A stretch of DNA of 63,933 nucleotides, the filler included, from Lenisia limosa (Eukaryota; Protista; Breviatea): the NCBI GenBank assembly GCA_001655205.1. It is 10 parts of 10 records of this genome, joined end to end, with 100 filler letters (N's around TTAATTAATTAA, not from the genome) between each part and the next. Parts side by side here need not be neighbours in the genome. Positions count along the whole stretch, not along the records: positions 27,974 to 40,601 come from LPNZ01001439.1; positions 40,702 to 50,033 come from LPNZ01010844.1; 8 more parts are not named here. The stretch is one strand, 5' to 3'. The notes below the pieces were generated by a model. That model was not told the DNA's origin and did not search any database. It saw only the letters and a program-made list of their open reading frames with translations. Of the stretch, positions 29,724-41,766 are shown piece by piece (within the stretch, counting starts at the first letter, position 1; every line of letters begins with the position of its first letter). A program made the translations under genes and the position numbers.

Positions 29724-30540
29724 CACGCCTACCGCGATGAAGTAGTGGAGTTACATATTGGTGACCTGAGGTTGAAGGTTTTGTTGTAGTACCATGTATC
29801 TAAGGATGCTGCCCTGTTGCTGGTAGCTAGGTGCGTTGAGTCTGGCACGGTCCAATCTGGAAATTGCTGAGAGCAGCTTGGTATGACGAGGCCCTTATTC
29901 AAATGACGACGTCTGCAGATCATGAAAACTGCGCCGAGTTTACATATTGTCAGCCTGGCCTGTTGATTTAGCCTGGCCGGTCGAGCGGAACCGCACGCAT
30001 ATCAGCATTGGCCGAGGCATGTTCCCGATATTGCCCGAGACGAACCAGAGATTTTCGACAAGGCCATTCGCTGGCGGCGTGCTTGACCTAACAGCAGCAG
30101 GATCTGTTCCTTATCGGTCGCGGCCGGTGAAAAGATTTCAGAGGAGACCCGCCTTGAGATCCATCGCAACATGTTTTCGGCAACGACGGCTGCGACCCGA
30201 GCAAGACCCCAACCCGTCCTTACCTGTTTACCAGAGCTTCACTTTCGTATCCAAAAAAGACTGAATTCTCAATAAATCCTCGAGAGTTATCGATGTTTTG
30301 TCAAAGTTTTGGAACCAAAGTGAATCTCTACTGTTTGCTACGGTGGACTACGCAAGACGGTCCCGATGGAACAACGCCCACAGCCAACTGCAGAAGTTGG
30401 AGTGGTGGGATGCGGTGCTGCAGCAAGTTTACTCTGTCTGACCTGTTGACCAGAGAGCGACAGAGCCTCATGACATCGCTGGCCTTGCGAGGAGACCTTC
30501 CACGATCGGCTACCTCTGACATCATCAACCAGTTACCAGT
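29724..30540 (+). pseudogene. Intronless GC-rich decayed ORF, interrupted by a MITE
   Basis: One protein-like frame with TAG at 29787 and TGA at 29868, 29904, 29964 and 30084, continuing after the MITE at 30233-30329. Confidence 0.55.
30233..30329. mobile_element. MITE family A copy inserted in the pseudogene
   Basis: AGAGCTTCACTTTCG...AAAAAAGACTGAATT...GAACCAAAGTGAATCTCT. Confidence 0.85.
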
Positions 30541-30785
30541 AACATGCTTATCGGTTAACGACGACATGCTCATCGGTTACCGGCAACATTCGGCTAATGG
30601 CGACATGGTCATCGACCACAAGCTCTTCAGTTACCGGTGACAACCTCATCGGTTACGGACGACATGCTTCTCGGTTAACGACGACATGCTCATCGGTTAC
30701 CGTCGACATATGCTCTAGTTAACGGCGAGATGCTCATCGGTTACTGACCACAAACTCATCGGTTACCGTCGATATGCTCACCAGA
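30541..30785. repeat. 22-bp minisatellite, about 11 degenerate copies (ACATGCTCATCGGTTAACGACG)
   Basis: Directly visible head-to-tail units without unique spacers. Confidence 0.85.
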
Positions 30786-31599
30786 TACCTAGTCAAGAAC
30801 GGCTGCCTGCTTACTCTGACGCCTAATTATAGGGAAAGAAAAATGTTTTGATTTATATTTATTTTGCGTTTGTTGTTAATTATCATGTCAGAATATAATT
30901 ATATATATATAATTAATTTTAGGTATGAAATATTATTAAACCTTAAAAAAAGATTTTACTCTGAATATCAAAGTATTCATAGATTATTTAAAATACAAAT
31001 AAAAAAAATTATAGTATCATTACTATCAAATTAGAAAAATATTTTTATATATTCTGAAAGAATATCATTAATGCAAAATATTTTTATGTATTCTGAAAGA
31101 ATATCATTAATGCAAACTATTATATATAATCAACTTTTATTATTTATATTTTTTTGGAATGTAATAATATTAATTGAATTATTTAGTTGATAATTACGTT
31201 TGTATATATATATATTTATTATTTTTTAGATATCTTAGGATTATTTTTTGTGTAGTTTGAATAAAATTGTCTGTTATTGTATTTTATGTTATTAGTTATT
31301 AAAGATTTGTTTATTAGCTTTTTTCCCGGCTTTGTGTTTTTCAATTAACAATTCTGACTGACAATCGAAGGATTCCTTTTTGAGCATGAGTTCAAGTCAA
31401 AATGGGGATGAATTTGGTGAAAGTTTGAGTGAATTGCTAATTTCTTCTTCGAGATTTCATGATGATGATGAGTATTTTCCTTGTTTTAACCTAGCTATGA
31501 ATATTACAGAGCATGTGGATTATGCAGGTGAGTTACTATTGTTTTTACCGGGACTTGATTTTGGTTTCTGTAATTGCTTCAGGAAATGTTGTTGTTGTT

Positions 31600-32235
31600 G
31601 TTGTTGTATATGCTTCATTATCCATATAAGTAGTAAATGTAGTGTATCATACTTCTGTAGTAGCTTCATTATCAGCTGCATACAGTGGTATATATATTTG
31701 CTTCATTATCTCCAAGCATTCTGCTACAATTGCTTCATAACTCAGACTAGTAATTGATTATTATCTCCATATATTCTGCTCATATGTAATGCCGTATTTT
31801 TATTCATATCTCAATACTGCTATAATTGCTTCATTATTTGCATGCTGCTGTAATTGCTTCATTTATCTCCTGCATACAGCTGTAATGTTGATTATCTCCA
31901 GAAATACTGCTGTATTTGCTTGATTATCTTCGACTACTGTAATTTGCTTCATTATCTCTATACATGTAATGCCTATATCTCCTGCTATATAATTGCTTCT
32001 GCTGAAATAGCTTCGTATTGCTGTTCATCATCTCCATAAATACTCTGTAATTGCTTCATTATCAGATAATACTGCTGTATTTGCTTCATATCTTTGTCTT
32101 GCATGCTGCTGTAATTTCTTCATGAATCTCCTGCATGCATGTTGCTGTAATATTGATTATCGCCATAAACAATTGCCTCAGATCTCCACACAGACTGCAT
32201 GGATGGAGCCCACTTCTGTAATTGCTTCGTTATCT
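31600..32235. repeat. Degenerate ~30-bp minisatellite (minus-strand consensus GGAGATAATGAAGCAATTACAGCAGTATTT)
   Basis: About 20 copies of the TAATTGCTTCATTATCTCC core with variable unit length. Confidence 0.8.
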
Positions 32236-32696
32236 CCATCTCCATGTAACAATTTCTCAAATTCCCTGTTATTTTGGGGATACAAGTTCATAAGGGGTTT
32301 TCGAGACAACTGTAATAATGTTTGGTGGGTATTTCCGGTTGTTTGGTGCCGATTTTCGGAACTTTTTTTGTGGACATCTTATTTCTTATTCTCATTTTCC
32401 ATTGGTACTTTTAAACATGAGAGTGAATATGTCCTTCTCTCTGCTCTTCTTTTGACAGGTTCTCAGTTAAGTTTCCTTTTCCTATTTCAACGTCTGTTCA
32501 TTTTTTAGAGTAACTGATTGCTGTGTTGCCCAATCTGTGTTATTTTCAGCTGTTTTGTTTTGGATCGGATATATTGTTCTCTCATTGTAATTTGGGACAG
32601 AATTCATTCATACTTTAAACTTTAAATAAAACAACATAGTAAAATATAGACATGAGTAGTAAAAACCTTTGAAAGATCAGATTTAGACCTGGATTA

Positions 32697-35600
32697 GTTT
32701 GGATTAAAGAAGTTGACTTGGTTTCCTTCAGGAGAGAGCCGTATTGAAATGATGAGATGTGTTTGAAGGCGTAATGGGTGTTTGAGCGTGGGGGGTTGCT
32801 ACAGTTGTGAATGCAAAAACACAGGTATGATTAATGCAGCGTTTCGCTTACAGTCTTCAAGGAGGCTTCTTCGTCCGCCATAGTGGTCAATATTCCAGAC
32901 GCCAACGGCAAGGTTTTTGACAGGTGTTTTTTTTTCTTCCTGGCTCGCGGCTGGACATGTGAGAGGCAAGACAAATTGAGGAATATACTTATACCAAGAA
33001 AAGTCCTAATATGGATATTGAAATACACTGATAATCAATCCAGACAGAGATAGAGGTAAAAACAAGGTTGTGTCCGGCCGGCCGCCACACCATCAATCTG
33101 TACTCAAGCCTCACCAATAAAGAGCTCTGAAAAGGTATCAATTGCCGAAATGGAGACTTGATGAAGAAGGGGGTTCCTTTGGTTTGAATGGGCCTCTTGG
33201 GAGATAGACAAGACCCAATCATCATTATCTAAATGGTGAACCTGAAGACAGAGAGAACTCCATACCTTCGGGGACTTTGACACTGTCATCTTCGTCAAAT
33301 AGAAGTTCTTGGGGTGCTTCAATTCGCTGAGAAGAATGAATGGCATTACCAAAAAAGAAGGAAAGCAGGAACAATCGTTACATCTTGTTTTTTGAATTGT
33401 GCCATTGTGAAGATGAGCTTACAGGGGTAGCAATTTGAACGGGGTTGATTCCAAGATTGCTTCGGGCATCTAAATCGTCAGGTGAATACGATGTAGGTGT
33501 TCTACAATAAACACGGATTAAAATCAGTTTTTCATAGCTCAGATCCTGGCTAACCTTCTTTGGCTGTTGAAGCTTTTGAAGGTAGTGACCAAGTTGTTGT
33601 TAGTGGCGACTGGAGGAGGACTTGGGGAAGGGTGTTGGTTGGCGGGAAGGTCGGTGCAGTTTTGGCCGGTTCAGGAACAATTACCTTTTCGTTCGGGGAG
33701 CTTTCACTCACAACATCTCGGAGCTTCTTCTTGACTTCTTTGATTGCCTCGGGCGGCCGTACCACATTTGTCGCAACGGGATCCTGGCGGCTCGCAGGAG
33801 GGACCGCAGCTGTTTCCTGGGGGGCATTTGAGGAGCCCAGGACAGACGCTGTTGGCGGCCGCTTCTTCAGGACAAGCTTCGGCCGGGCTCTTCGGACCAA
33901 TCCCGATGCGGGGTCGTCCTGGCTTCGTGGCTTGGGTGTGGGCTCGGCAGGGGGTTCCTTTTCAGAAGTGGGCTCAGAAGGGGGCTCTGCGAGAGGCTCT
34001 GTAGAGGGCTGTGGCGAAGCGTGTTGGGAAGCGTGTGCTGAGAGTTGTTGAGAAAAGTGTGCTGAGGGTTGTGGAGACAATTGTGCTGAGGGTTGTGGAT
34101 ACAAGTGTGCTGAGGGTCTTGTGTCATGTTTTGGCTTGTAGTGGTCTAAGGGTTTGGATGGTTGAGTTGTATGAACGTGGCCTGTGACGGGCTTAGGTTT
34201 TATTTGATTCTGGGGGGTAGGAGTGTTAATTCTATCGGCTGGGGGTGGGTGAACTGGAGTAGGCTTCTGCGGAACCTGTTGGGGTGCTTTAGATTCCTGA
34301 GGGGGATGCGCGGTTTTGATCGGACCCATGGGAGGAGATGCTGGAGCTGCCTTATTGGGAGTGAAGGCGGATTGTGACCTGGGGAGTTTTGCATTTCTTT
34401 GAGGAGCCGGAGAATTTGCCCGTCTCGGCCTTTCAAGAGCCGAAAACGACGGGGTCCGAGTTGGACTGGCGGCCCGGGTTGCGCTTTCGTTGTCAGTGTG
34501 AAGGGAGGAGCTGGATCTGGATGGCTGATCATGAGATCTCAACTGAGATTCGAGTTCGCTCATTTCAGAGACATGGTGTTTTTTGCAGAGAAGAAGGCTT
34601 AGAAGGTCTTCTTCACCTTTGCTCATCGAGAAATCCTGTTCAGTAAGGTCGGTCTCGAGAAGACGGGTGTATTCCATAAGGGGATGGTCCGACTTGAGTT
34701 TGAAGCCTGAGTTGACCACCCCGTCTCGGCCAAGGCTTTGGTCATTCAGGGTAACATGAGACTTCGCAATGAGTTTCTAATTTCGTAAAAAAGGGATAAT
34801 CAGAACGAAAACACAAAAAGAATATTCAGGTTTCTAAAAAACTAATCAACCTAGACTAATCACAAGAAAGACTGACTCTATAAATCTTCAATAAATATCA
34901 ATTATTTTTCGTCTTTTGGAACTGAAATTGAAGTTCTAATATCACAGAAAGCCAGCTCCCACCTGTGCTTCTTGATAGATTTTGAATTCCTCTTCCTTCC
35001 TCTTGATTTCCTCAAGTTCCTCATTCTTGCGCTTTTCTCTTGCAAGCTTTTCAGCCTGTCTAAAACGAGCGCGTTCGTCCTCGCGTCGTTTTTCGATTTC
35101 GACTGCATCGAGTCAGAAATTTGTTTATTTCGGGTTTGTAATACTGTATTTTGGATAGGAAATATTGTAAATTGGGATGGGGTACTTGGGGTAAGAACTA
35201 TTATTTTGGTGAAAGGAACATAAACACAATCGAGGGATTTAAATAAATTTGTAAAGGAGTTCAAAAGGAAAGAGAAGTGGTGCGATATTCTTTCACCAAC
35301 TTTCAGCAATTTCAGCCTTTTTTTGTTCCAGAGCAATTTGAGCTTCAGAAGGTTCTAAATTCATGAATAAAAGCAGCTGTTCGTTCTCAACATCACATCA
35401 CTTTTTGAGTCATATTCACACTCATTTTTACGCAATAATAACTCAAATCCAATGGTGTGCCAATTACCTCTTGTTATTGCTTTCATCTTTTCAACAGGAA
35501 GTTAGTTGCTTATATTTCATATGAAAAATATGCATATTATGGGCCACAAGCGAAGAAAGGTGAGTCCAAAAAATATAATATTTGACATTATAAAAAGATG

Positions 35601-38600
35601 ATAGCATTGAGAAGCTTTACTCTCACAAGTACTTGAGGAGCTTACCGGTCCCCTTGAGTTGCGCGTCCTCGATATCGCGAAGAGTTGAGAGGCGGGGAGT
35701 CGGCACGTAGAATAACGGTTTTCCTTGATTGTCAAGAGAAAACAAAAACGTAAGAACAAAGGTACTCTATTGGCTCCACTGTTTAATGAGGTAGTACTAT
35801 CACCAACCCATCACCACCTCATTCCCCTTCCATTACCATCATCAACTTCCCCATTCACCATCACCGCCAACCCATTATGCTTTCTTCACCAGAACCCCCA
35901 AACCCATTCTCCTTCCTTCTACAGCGTCCTTAGCAGCCGCAGCTGTCGCCTGTTCCTTCTCCAGTTGCTCAATATGCAAATGGGCCTAAGGGAATTACGG
36001 AATGGAAATTAGGGCTTCACTCCAGTCAAAAAAAAAAGACCGGCAAAATATCGATATTATTGAGGATCTATTGAAAAATTCAGTCTTTTTCGGACCGATG
36101 CAGCCATAATGGCAATATTACATGGTTATCATATTCTTCAAGAGTACTTCGAAGAAAAGACAAGATATTTGAGATAAGTCAGTGGATTTCCATCAAACAT
36201 TCACGAATTTGCCCAAAATACCTCTTCACGAGCTTTAATTCGCTTATTTACATCAGCAAGAATCGGTTCTGTTTTATTGGCCAAAATATGCCCAAGAAGA
36301 GACTTTTCAAAGAGAGTTGAAATTCGATGGATTTTTTCTTCAGCTGAATAGAGTCGTTTCAAGTAAGATGAAAAAAAGTTACTTTAAGGTGAACAATGTC
36401 ATTGGACTTCTCTCGAATGAGACGGTCATTTTCTCGAAGCAACTCCTGGTCTGATTGGCTAGCCGATTCGAATTGAACAAAAGATGCCTGGAGGGGTAAG
36501 ACAAGTAGTGTTTCGAACAAAAGATGACATTTGAAGAAGTTCTCTTAAAAATGAAATACTTTGAGACTTAACATTTGAAAATAGATCACTGAAACAATTT
36601 CATTAACTTCACCACAACAACTACGGTACAAAAGCTCACAGAAAGTTCTTTCAGGTGCTTTTTGAGATTTTCATTCTCGTCTTTCTCGGCTTGGAGATCT
36701 TCAAGAGCCTCTTGTAATCTAGCTTCCATCTTCGGCGGCCCTCCTGTCACGTGATCGGGGAACACTTTCCAAGACGCAAAGCATTCAAGGAGGACCCTGC
36801 GATTTCGCCGGCTTTGGGGGTCAGAAGCGGTATGAAGTGAACAAAAGAAAGAAGGTGAGGATTGAAGTGGAACAAAGATAGAGGTTCGTGGGGATAGACA
36901 GAAATTATATAAAGTAGAATAAAAGAAAAAGGGATCAAACACAAGAAAATTGGTAAAGAAAGAAGCTGGGGGTTTGAAAACAAAAGAAAAATAGTAATAA
37001 AATTATCATAGTATAGTACGATATAATATGATAGTATATCATATGACAAAAAGCAATATTCGTCATATAAATTGAGTGGAATTACATCATGATATGCCAT
37101 ACCGCTGGAATGCAGAAATAAGAGCTCTATCCGGGGCATGGTTAATCCGGTTTCGCACTGTGAACAAATGCCAGGTCCTACAAAATTATCAGAAGCCAAG
37201 ACATGTTTTAAACAATTATTTCTTGGAATGTTACAGTAGATAAGATTTTCAAGCAAGGCTGATCCATTAAGATGAAATCTCCTCTTCATTTAACTCCACA
37301 ATAATGACAGTGCTTACACTGCCCTCAAGCTCACTTGAAAGCCATGGATAATTTGAACTGTTGTGTCAAAAGCCATCTTTGAAGCGTTTGAACTCGAAGT
37401 TGCCTGTTATGCCCCACAATCTCCCGGAGAGCAACGAAGGCATTTCGTTTTGTAACCAAAGCTAATGAAAAAAAAGAGATCAACCTTTCTGTTTGAAGCG
37501 GCGCCTGGCTTCAACCCTCGTTTTGGTCCATTGATGCCACTCATGAAAGGCTTCACGCTCGGTCTGAAATCGTCATATCCTGGAGATCCAAAAACGGCTG
37601 TGGAGATATCGAAATTTTTCGAGGTTATCGAGAATTCAATCTTTGTGTAATCGAAGCATGAGGGAGTAAAATTGGGGGGGATAATTATGTCATTATCGTC
37701 TCTTACACCGCATCTCAAAATGAGAGCTTCAATTTCGGTTCAAAAATACGCGTAAAACATGTTGATAATTCGTCGTTCAAAAAAATCAAAAATTAAGATC
37801 ATCAGCACGCAGTCCACACATATACATATCAAATGAGAAATTAAAAATAAGGCTGTATCTGGCCGAAGCCGTNNNNNNNNNNNNNNNNNNNNNNNNNNNN
37901 NNNNCTTACAACTCTGTGCACACAGCTTTCTGCTGCCTCCCCAGTCCACACATACTTCAAGTACGTTGGAGTAGATATGTCGAAGTCGGTTCGTTCGGAC
38001 CACCCACCGCACTCCCATTGCTTCCTATGATGTGTAAGGGCGTTGATTGTTATAACAGCAAAGGGTTAATTCCTATGATGTGTAAGAACTGATTGATTGC
38101 TTTGACAGGTAGGAGTACGCTATTAAGAGTTGCAATGGCGAAGGGAAATAATGATACAGTTTTATTACACGCCTCAAATTAATGAATTGATATTGACTAA
38201 CTAATACCCACTCGTTGATCTCGTGCGACTTTCCTCCATCCAAGCAGGGCTTTTTGTACCGTATGGAGTCGGTAGTACGTGATAGCTGTCAAATAGAGTT
38301 GTCGTACTCTCCAGTCCTGTACCAAAATAAATATAAAAAGCCAGACAAATAGGTCTAATAATGGCTCATTTTGATTCCACGGACAATATTATTGATTTAT
38401 AGAGTCGAATTGAAGAGATAAGTATCTCATTATATCGATATGTCTATACAAGCATTTTTAACCGGAAATATTGGATTGATTTTATGGTATTGATAAAATA
38501 CCAATACAATGTTTACACCCCCCTCCTCAGGCAACATACCTAGGGATTCACTCCGGCCCAATAAACCAACAAAATATCGAGGATTTATCAGAAATTTCGT

Positions 38601-40550
38601 CTTGTATTTAACCGAAGTGACGCCCTTCTCATACCCTGTTTGCAACAATTGTTGCCCATCCTCTGAGACAGGCCTTCACAAGGTTCTGTTCATGCTTTGC
38701 TTGCATGACTTGAACGCACTCTCGGTTTATTTCCTGGAATGATCAGAAATGCTTGTCTTCAATAATAAGAAAGATATATATGATATAGCTAGAGTATCTT
38801 CAACATTAATGTACATTACGCAAGGCAAGCTCACCTTTTCGATCATATCGGGTGTGACTTGCCCTCTCCAATTTGTGGCATCAACGCGATCGAAGACACG
38901 GGCCTCAGCCCTGAATGTGACTTTGTGTTGTAAAGACTAAATATTGATATGGAACTGCACACACTATGTCAAATATCATGATATATATATTATATAGTAT
39001 GATATATTAAATTTTAAAAAAGCTTCACAAAGGAATAGAAAAAGGACATATTTCGAAGATCTTCCAACCCAGCCTTACCTTGCATATCGATCTTTTGCTT
39101 TTCTGATAATGACTTTTCTGGAGTGTTTGCCCATAGCGAGAGCACGCCAAAGATGAAGCATGTGTACACAAGATTTGTAGAGCTATTTTGTGAGAATTGT
39201 TATGAGATAAATATAAATTATATTTCAAAATAACGATACAATATTATGTCAAAATACTGAGCTGCGCGTTTATGTTCAAATTGATAAAAAATTAATACGC
39301 GTTCTGCTCTTTTTCAGAAATATTCTGTTAAGTTTCTTCTGTTTGTATGATATGGCATATCATATACTATTTGATCCAGCAAACAGGGATATAGACCGAC
39401 CTCAAGATACAAGTGTTTAATTACAAAGACAATTCCCTGAACTTCATACTAGTCAGATACATAAAACAGCTTCCATATTTCAAACCCTGTGTTGATATTT
39501 ATGATTTCTACGGCTTCTCTCTGGTCCGAAAAAAGACCGATAAGCACCGATTTATCGCGAAATTTGGAACCAGAGTGAAGCCGTACTTGTCCAAATATTC
39601 TCCAACTTTGTTGGCAGCCATAGCATTGGCCATTTCAATTTTGTTTTTGCGTAAAGGGGCGTTATTACGCGCTTCTGTTAGCCACGCAGAGAAGACTCGG
39701 CCTTGAAGATGACGATTGACTTTGCCGAGCATAAAGTGAATCTAGAAAATAAGTTGATAAGTTGGTAAAGAGAAGCTATTATTGTTTTGAATGATATGAG
39801 TTTTGCCTGTTTTATCTTGTGTATTGTCTTACGTTATTGTGGAGCTGCTTTGATTGATCCAACCACGCGTAAAGAACTTCCCTCATCCTGGGTAGTTACA
39901 ATTGGATCTTTTATCTCAGAAACAGAACGTAAGGGGCTTACAACATCTGGTTAATATAAAGAAACGCAAAATAAATACACGCTTGTAACATAATATATTG
40001 AATTATAGTATAATAATAATTCACCCAATCATAAGGTTAATAGTAAAAGCAGTTAACCTACCAAGAACGTCTCTCGAATCTTAGGCGATAAATAGCCCTC
40101 CAAGCCGCCTTCCATTTGCGTCGAGGTCGTCTAGCTTTCCACCACGCCGCCACGCGACTTGCCGCTTGGTCCCTTGCCTCAAAAGGTAATAGTGGTTCAC
40201 TTTCTGCTCCAAATGCTGGTAAATAGTAATATATCGAGAATTTATCGAGAATTTTGACAGTTCAGTCTTCTTGGAACTGATGGTAGTTCTAGTTTATTCA
40301 AAACGTAAATCAAATTAACATGCCTTGTAAGGGTATTATAGGCTCTTACAGATTCCCATATACCCCTCTCTCCCATAGGGGTAAGGGAGAGAGGGGAGGA
40401 AAGGGGGACGGAGCGAGGGTCAATGTACCATCCTAAGGGGACTCATTCCCAATGTAACGCCCGGTATGTATTCATAGAACTTCCAACCAACCTCATCTTC
40501 ACCGGTCAAAAAAGTCCTATTGAGGGAGTAAAGTCGGTCCATGACGCTTT
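32697..40550 (-). CDS. Large multi-exon protein with SFI1-like [F/L]xxW repeats, coiled coil, Pro-rich region and a compact C-terminal domain; may be more than one gene
   Basis: Exons RMREVLYAWL, GRVFSAWL, MLHLWRAL, VKACLRGW, TLQRW, SAFQR, LLECFASWK; coiled-coil exons; a 389-codon Pro/Ser-rich exon (33550-34719); terminal exons ending VNFFNPN*. Exon chain not fully phased. Confidence 0.45.
36011..36105. mobile_element. MITE family A copy
   Basis: TAGGGCTTCACT..AAAAAAGACCGGCAAAATATCGATATT..AAATTCAGTCTTTTT. Confidence 0.8.
38542..38626. mobile_element. MITE family A copy
   Basis: AGGGATTCACTCCGG..ATCGAGGATTTATCAGAAAT..AACCGAAGTGACGCCCT. Confidence 0.75.
39512..39582. mobile_element. MITE family A copy (internally deleted)
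   Basis: GGCTTCTCTCTGGTCCGAAAAAAGAC..GGAACCAGAGTGAAGCC. Confidence 0.75.
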
Positions 40551-41766
40551 TTACTGGAGTAAATGAATACAGCAACTATATTGTACAACTATATTGTATA
40601 TNNNNNNNNNNNNNNNNNNNNNNNNNNNNNNNNNNNNNNNNNNNNTTAATTAATTAANNNNNNNNNNNNNNNNNNNNNNNNNNNNNNNNNNNNNNNNNNN
40701 NTAAAGAATATACTATTACATTGCATACACCCTTATTGTTTATTGCTCATTGCTATATTACATATTATATAAGATAGCTCTAATGTAGTCTACAACGTTT
40801 TGAATTATCTGGGGGGTAAAATTGGAAAATTTGGGAAACAGTAAAGCCCAACATTCAAATGGCATTAACCTACCTTAAAAAAGCGTCTCTGATAAAACAT
40901 TAAACTGTAAATTGTATATAAGAATAAAACAAGTTTTTATCTGGCCGAAGCCTACAAGAGACATTTGTTTATTTTTTATAATATTGATTCACCCAATTAT
41001 TTGCCCAATGTACAAAGCGGGATTATTAAAGCATGTTAGGAATATTCAGGGTTGTGAGGGAATGTTAAAGCTGGTATCTACATGAATATTTTAGCGAAAT
41101 CTATTTTTCTGTAAAGATATATATACCTCCAAGGGTGAAAGCCTTCTCCCTTCCTCCATATTCTTTCCCACTCTGTACCTTGTACCCTCCAGGGGCTCCG
41201 AGCGACTGTGTCAAACTCAACGGGAGATTTTGGGGGGGTCCAGAGTGACAAAATACTTGTTTCATACCCCCACTGCAAGACGATCCAGCCCCATCAAGCA
41301 GGCTTTCAAGCGTGTTACGGATTCCAATTTCTGCATTGTGTAACTTGTGAACAAGAACTTAATTTCATCAAAACAATATGGCGGTGTAAATACCAAGAAA
41401 AAAACTTTGTGTCTCCGATTCACATGGGAAGACCACACAACAAGTTAAAAACAAGTGCTCTGCAAGTGCAGGTCAGTTTAAAAGAATATTTCTCGATAAA
41501 TCCCCGAAAGCTATCGATATTTTACCAGTTTGTAATTGGGTTCGGGCATTTATGTGTTTTATTTTAATTTTCTTGCTCAAAGCAGCTCAAAGAAACAAGC
41601 TTTCTTAATCTAATTGTCTTGGATCTTATGATCTTATCGCGATTTAAGCTGAAATTTCAACAACCCCCCCCCCCTAAACCGCTCAATTTCTCCCAGCGTC
41701 ACTACCAATCTGCTGCGCCCCTCGCTCTGTAGCTGTGCATAATATATTCCGAGGCCGCATTCAGAA

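Noticed and set aside
30541-30785. CRISPR-like array
   Set aside because: Units are head-to-tail with no unique spacers, no cas genes, and the context is eukaryotic.
31200-32620. Ciliate-code (TAR=Gln) gene or contaminant
   Set aside because: No frame crosses the repeat array without TGA, and TAR-only stretches are expected in very AT-rich DNA.
33560-34646. Plus-strand Gly/Ser-rich ORFs
   Set aside because: Antisense shadows of the Pro-rich exon at 33550-34719.
36747-37289. 180-aa ORF as an independent gene
   Set aside because: It runs through AT-rich intron sequence, and the SFI1-like exons lie in other frames.
40760-41330. Named product for the minus-strand exon-like blocks
   Set aside because: Probably coding, but frame and family could not be fixed.
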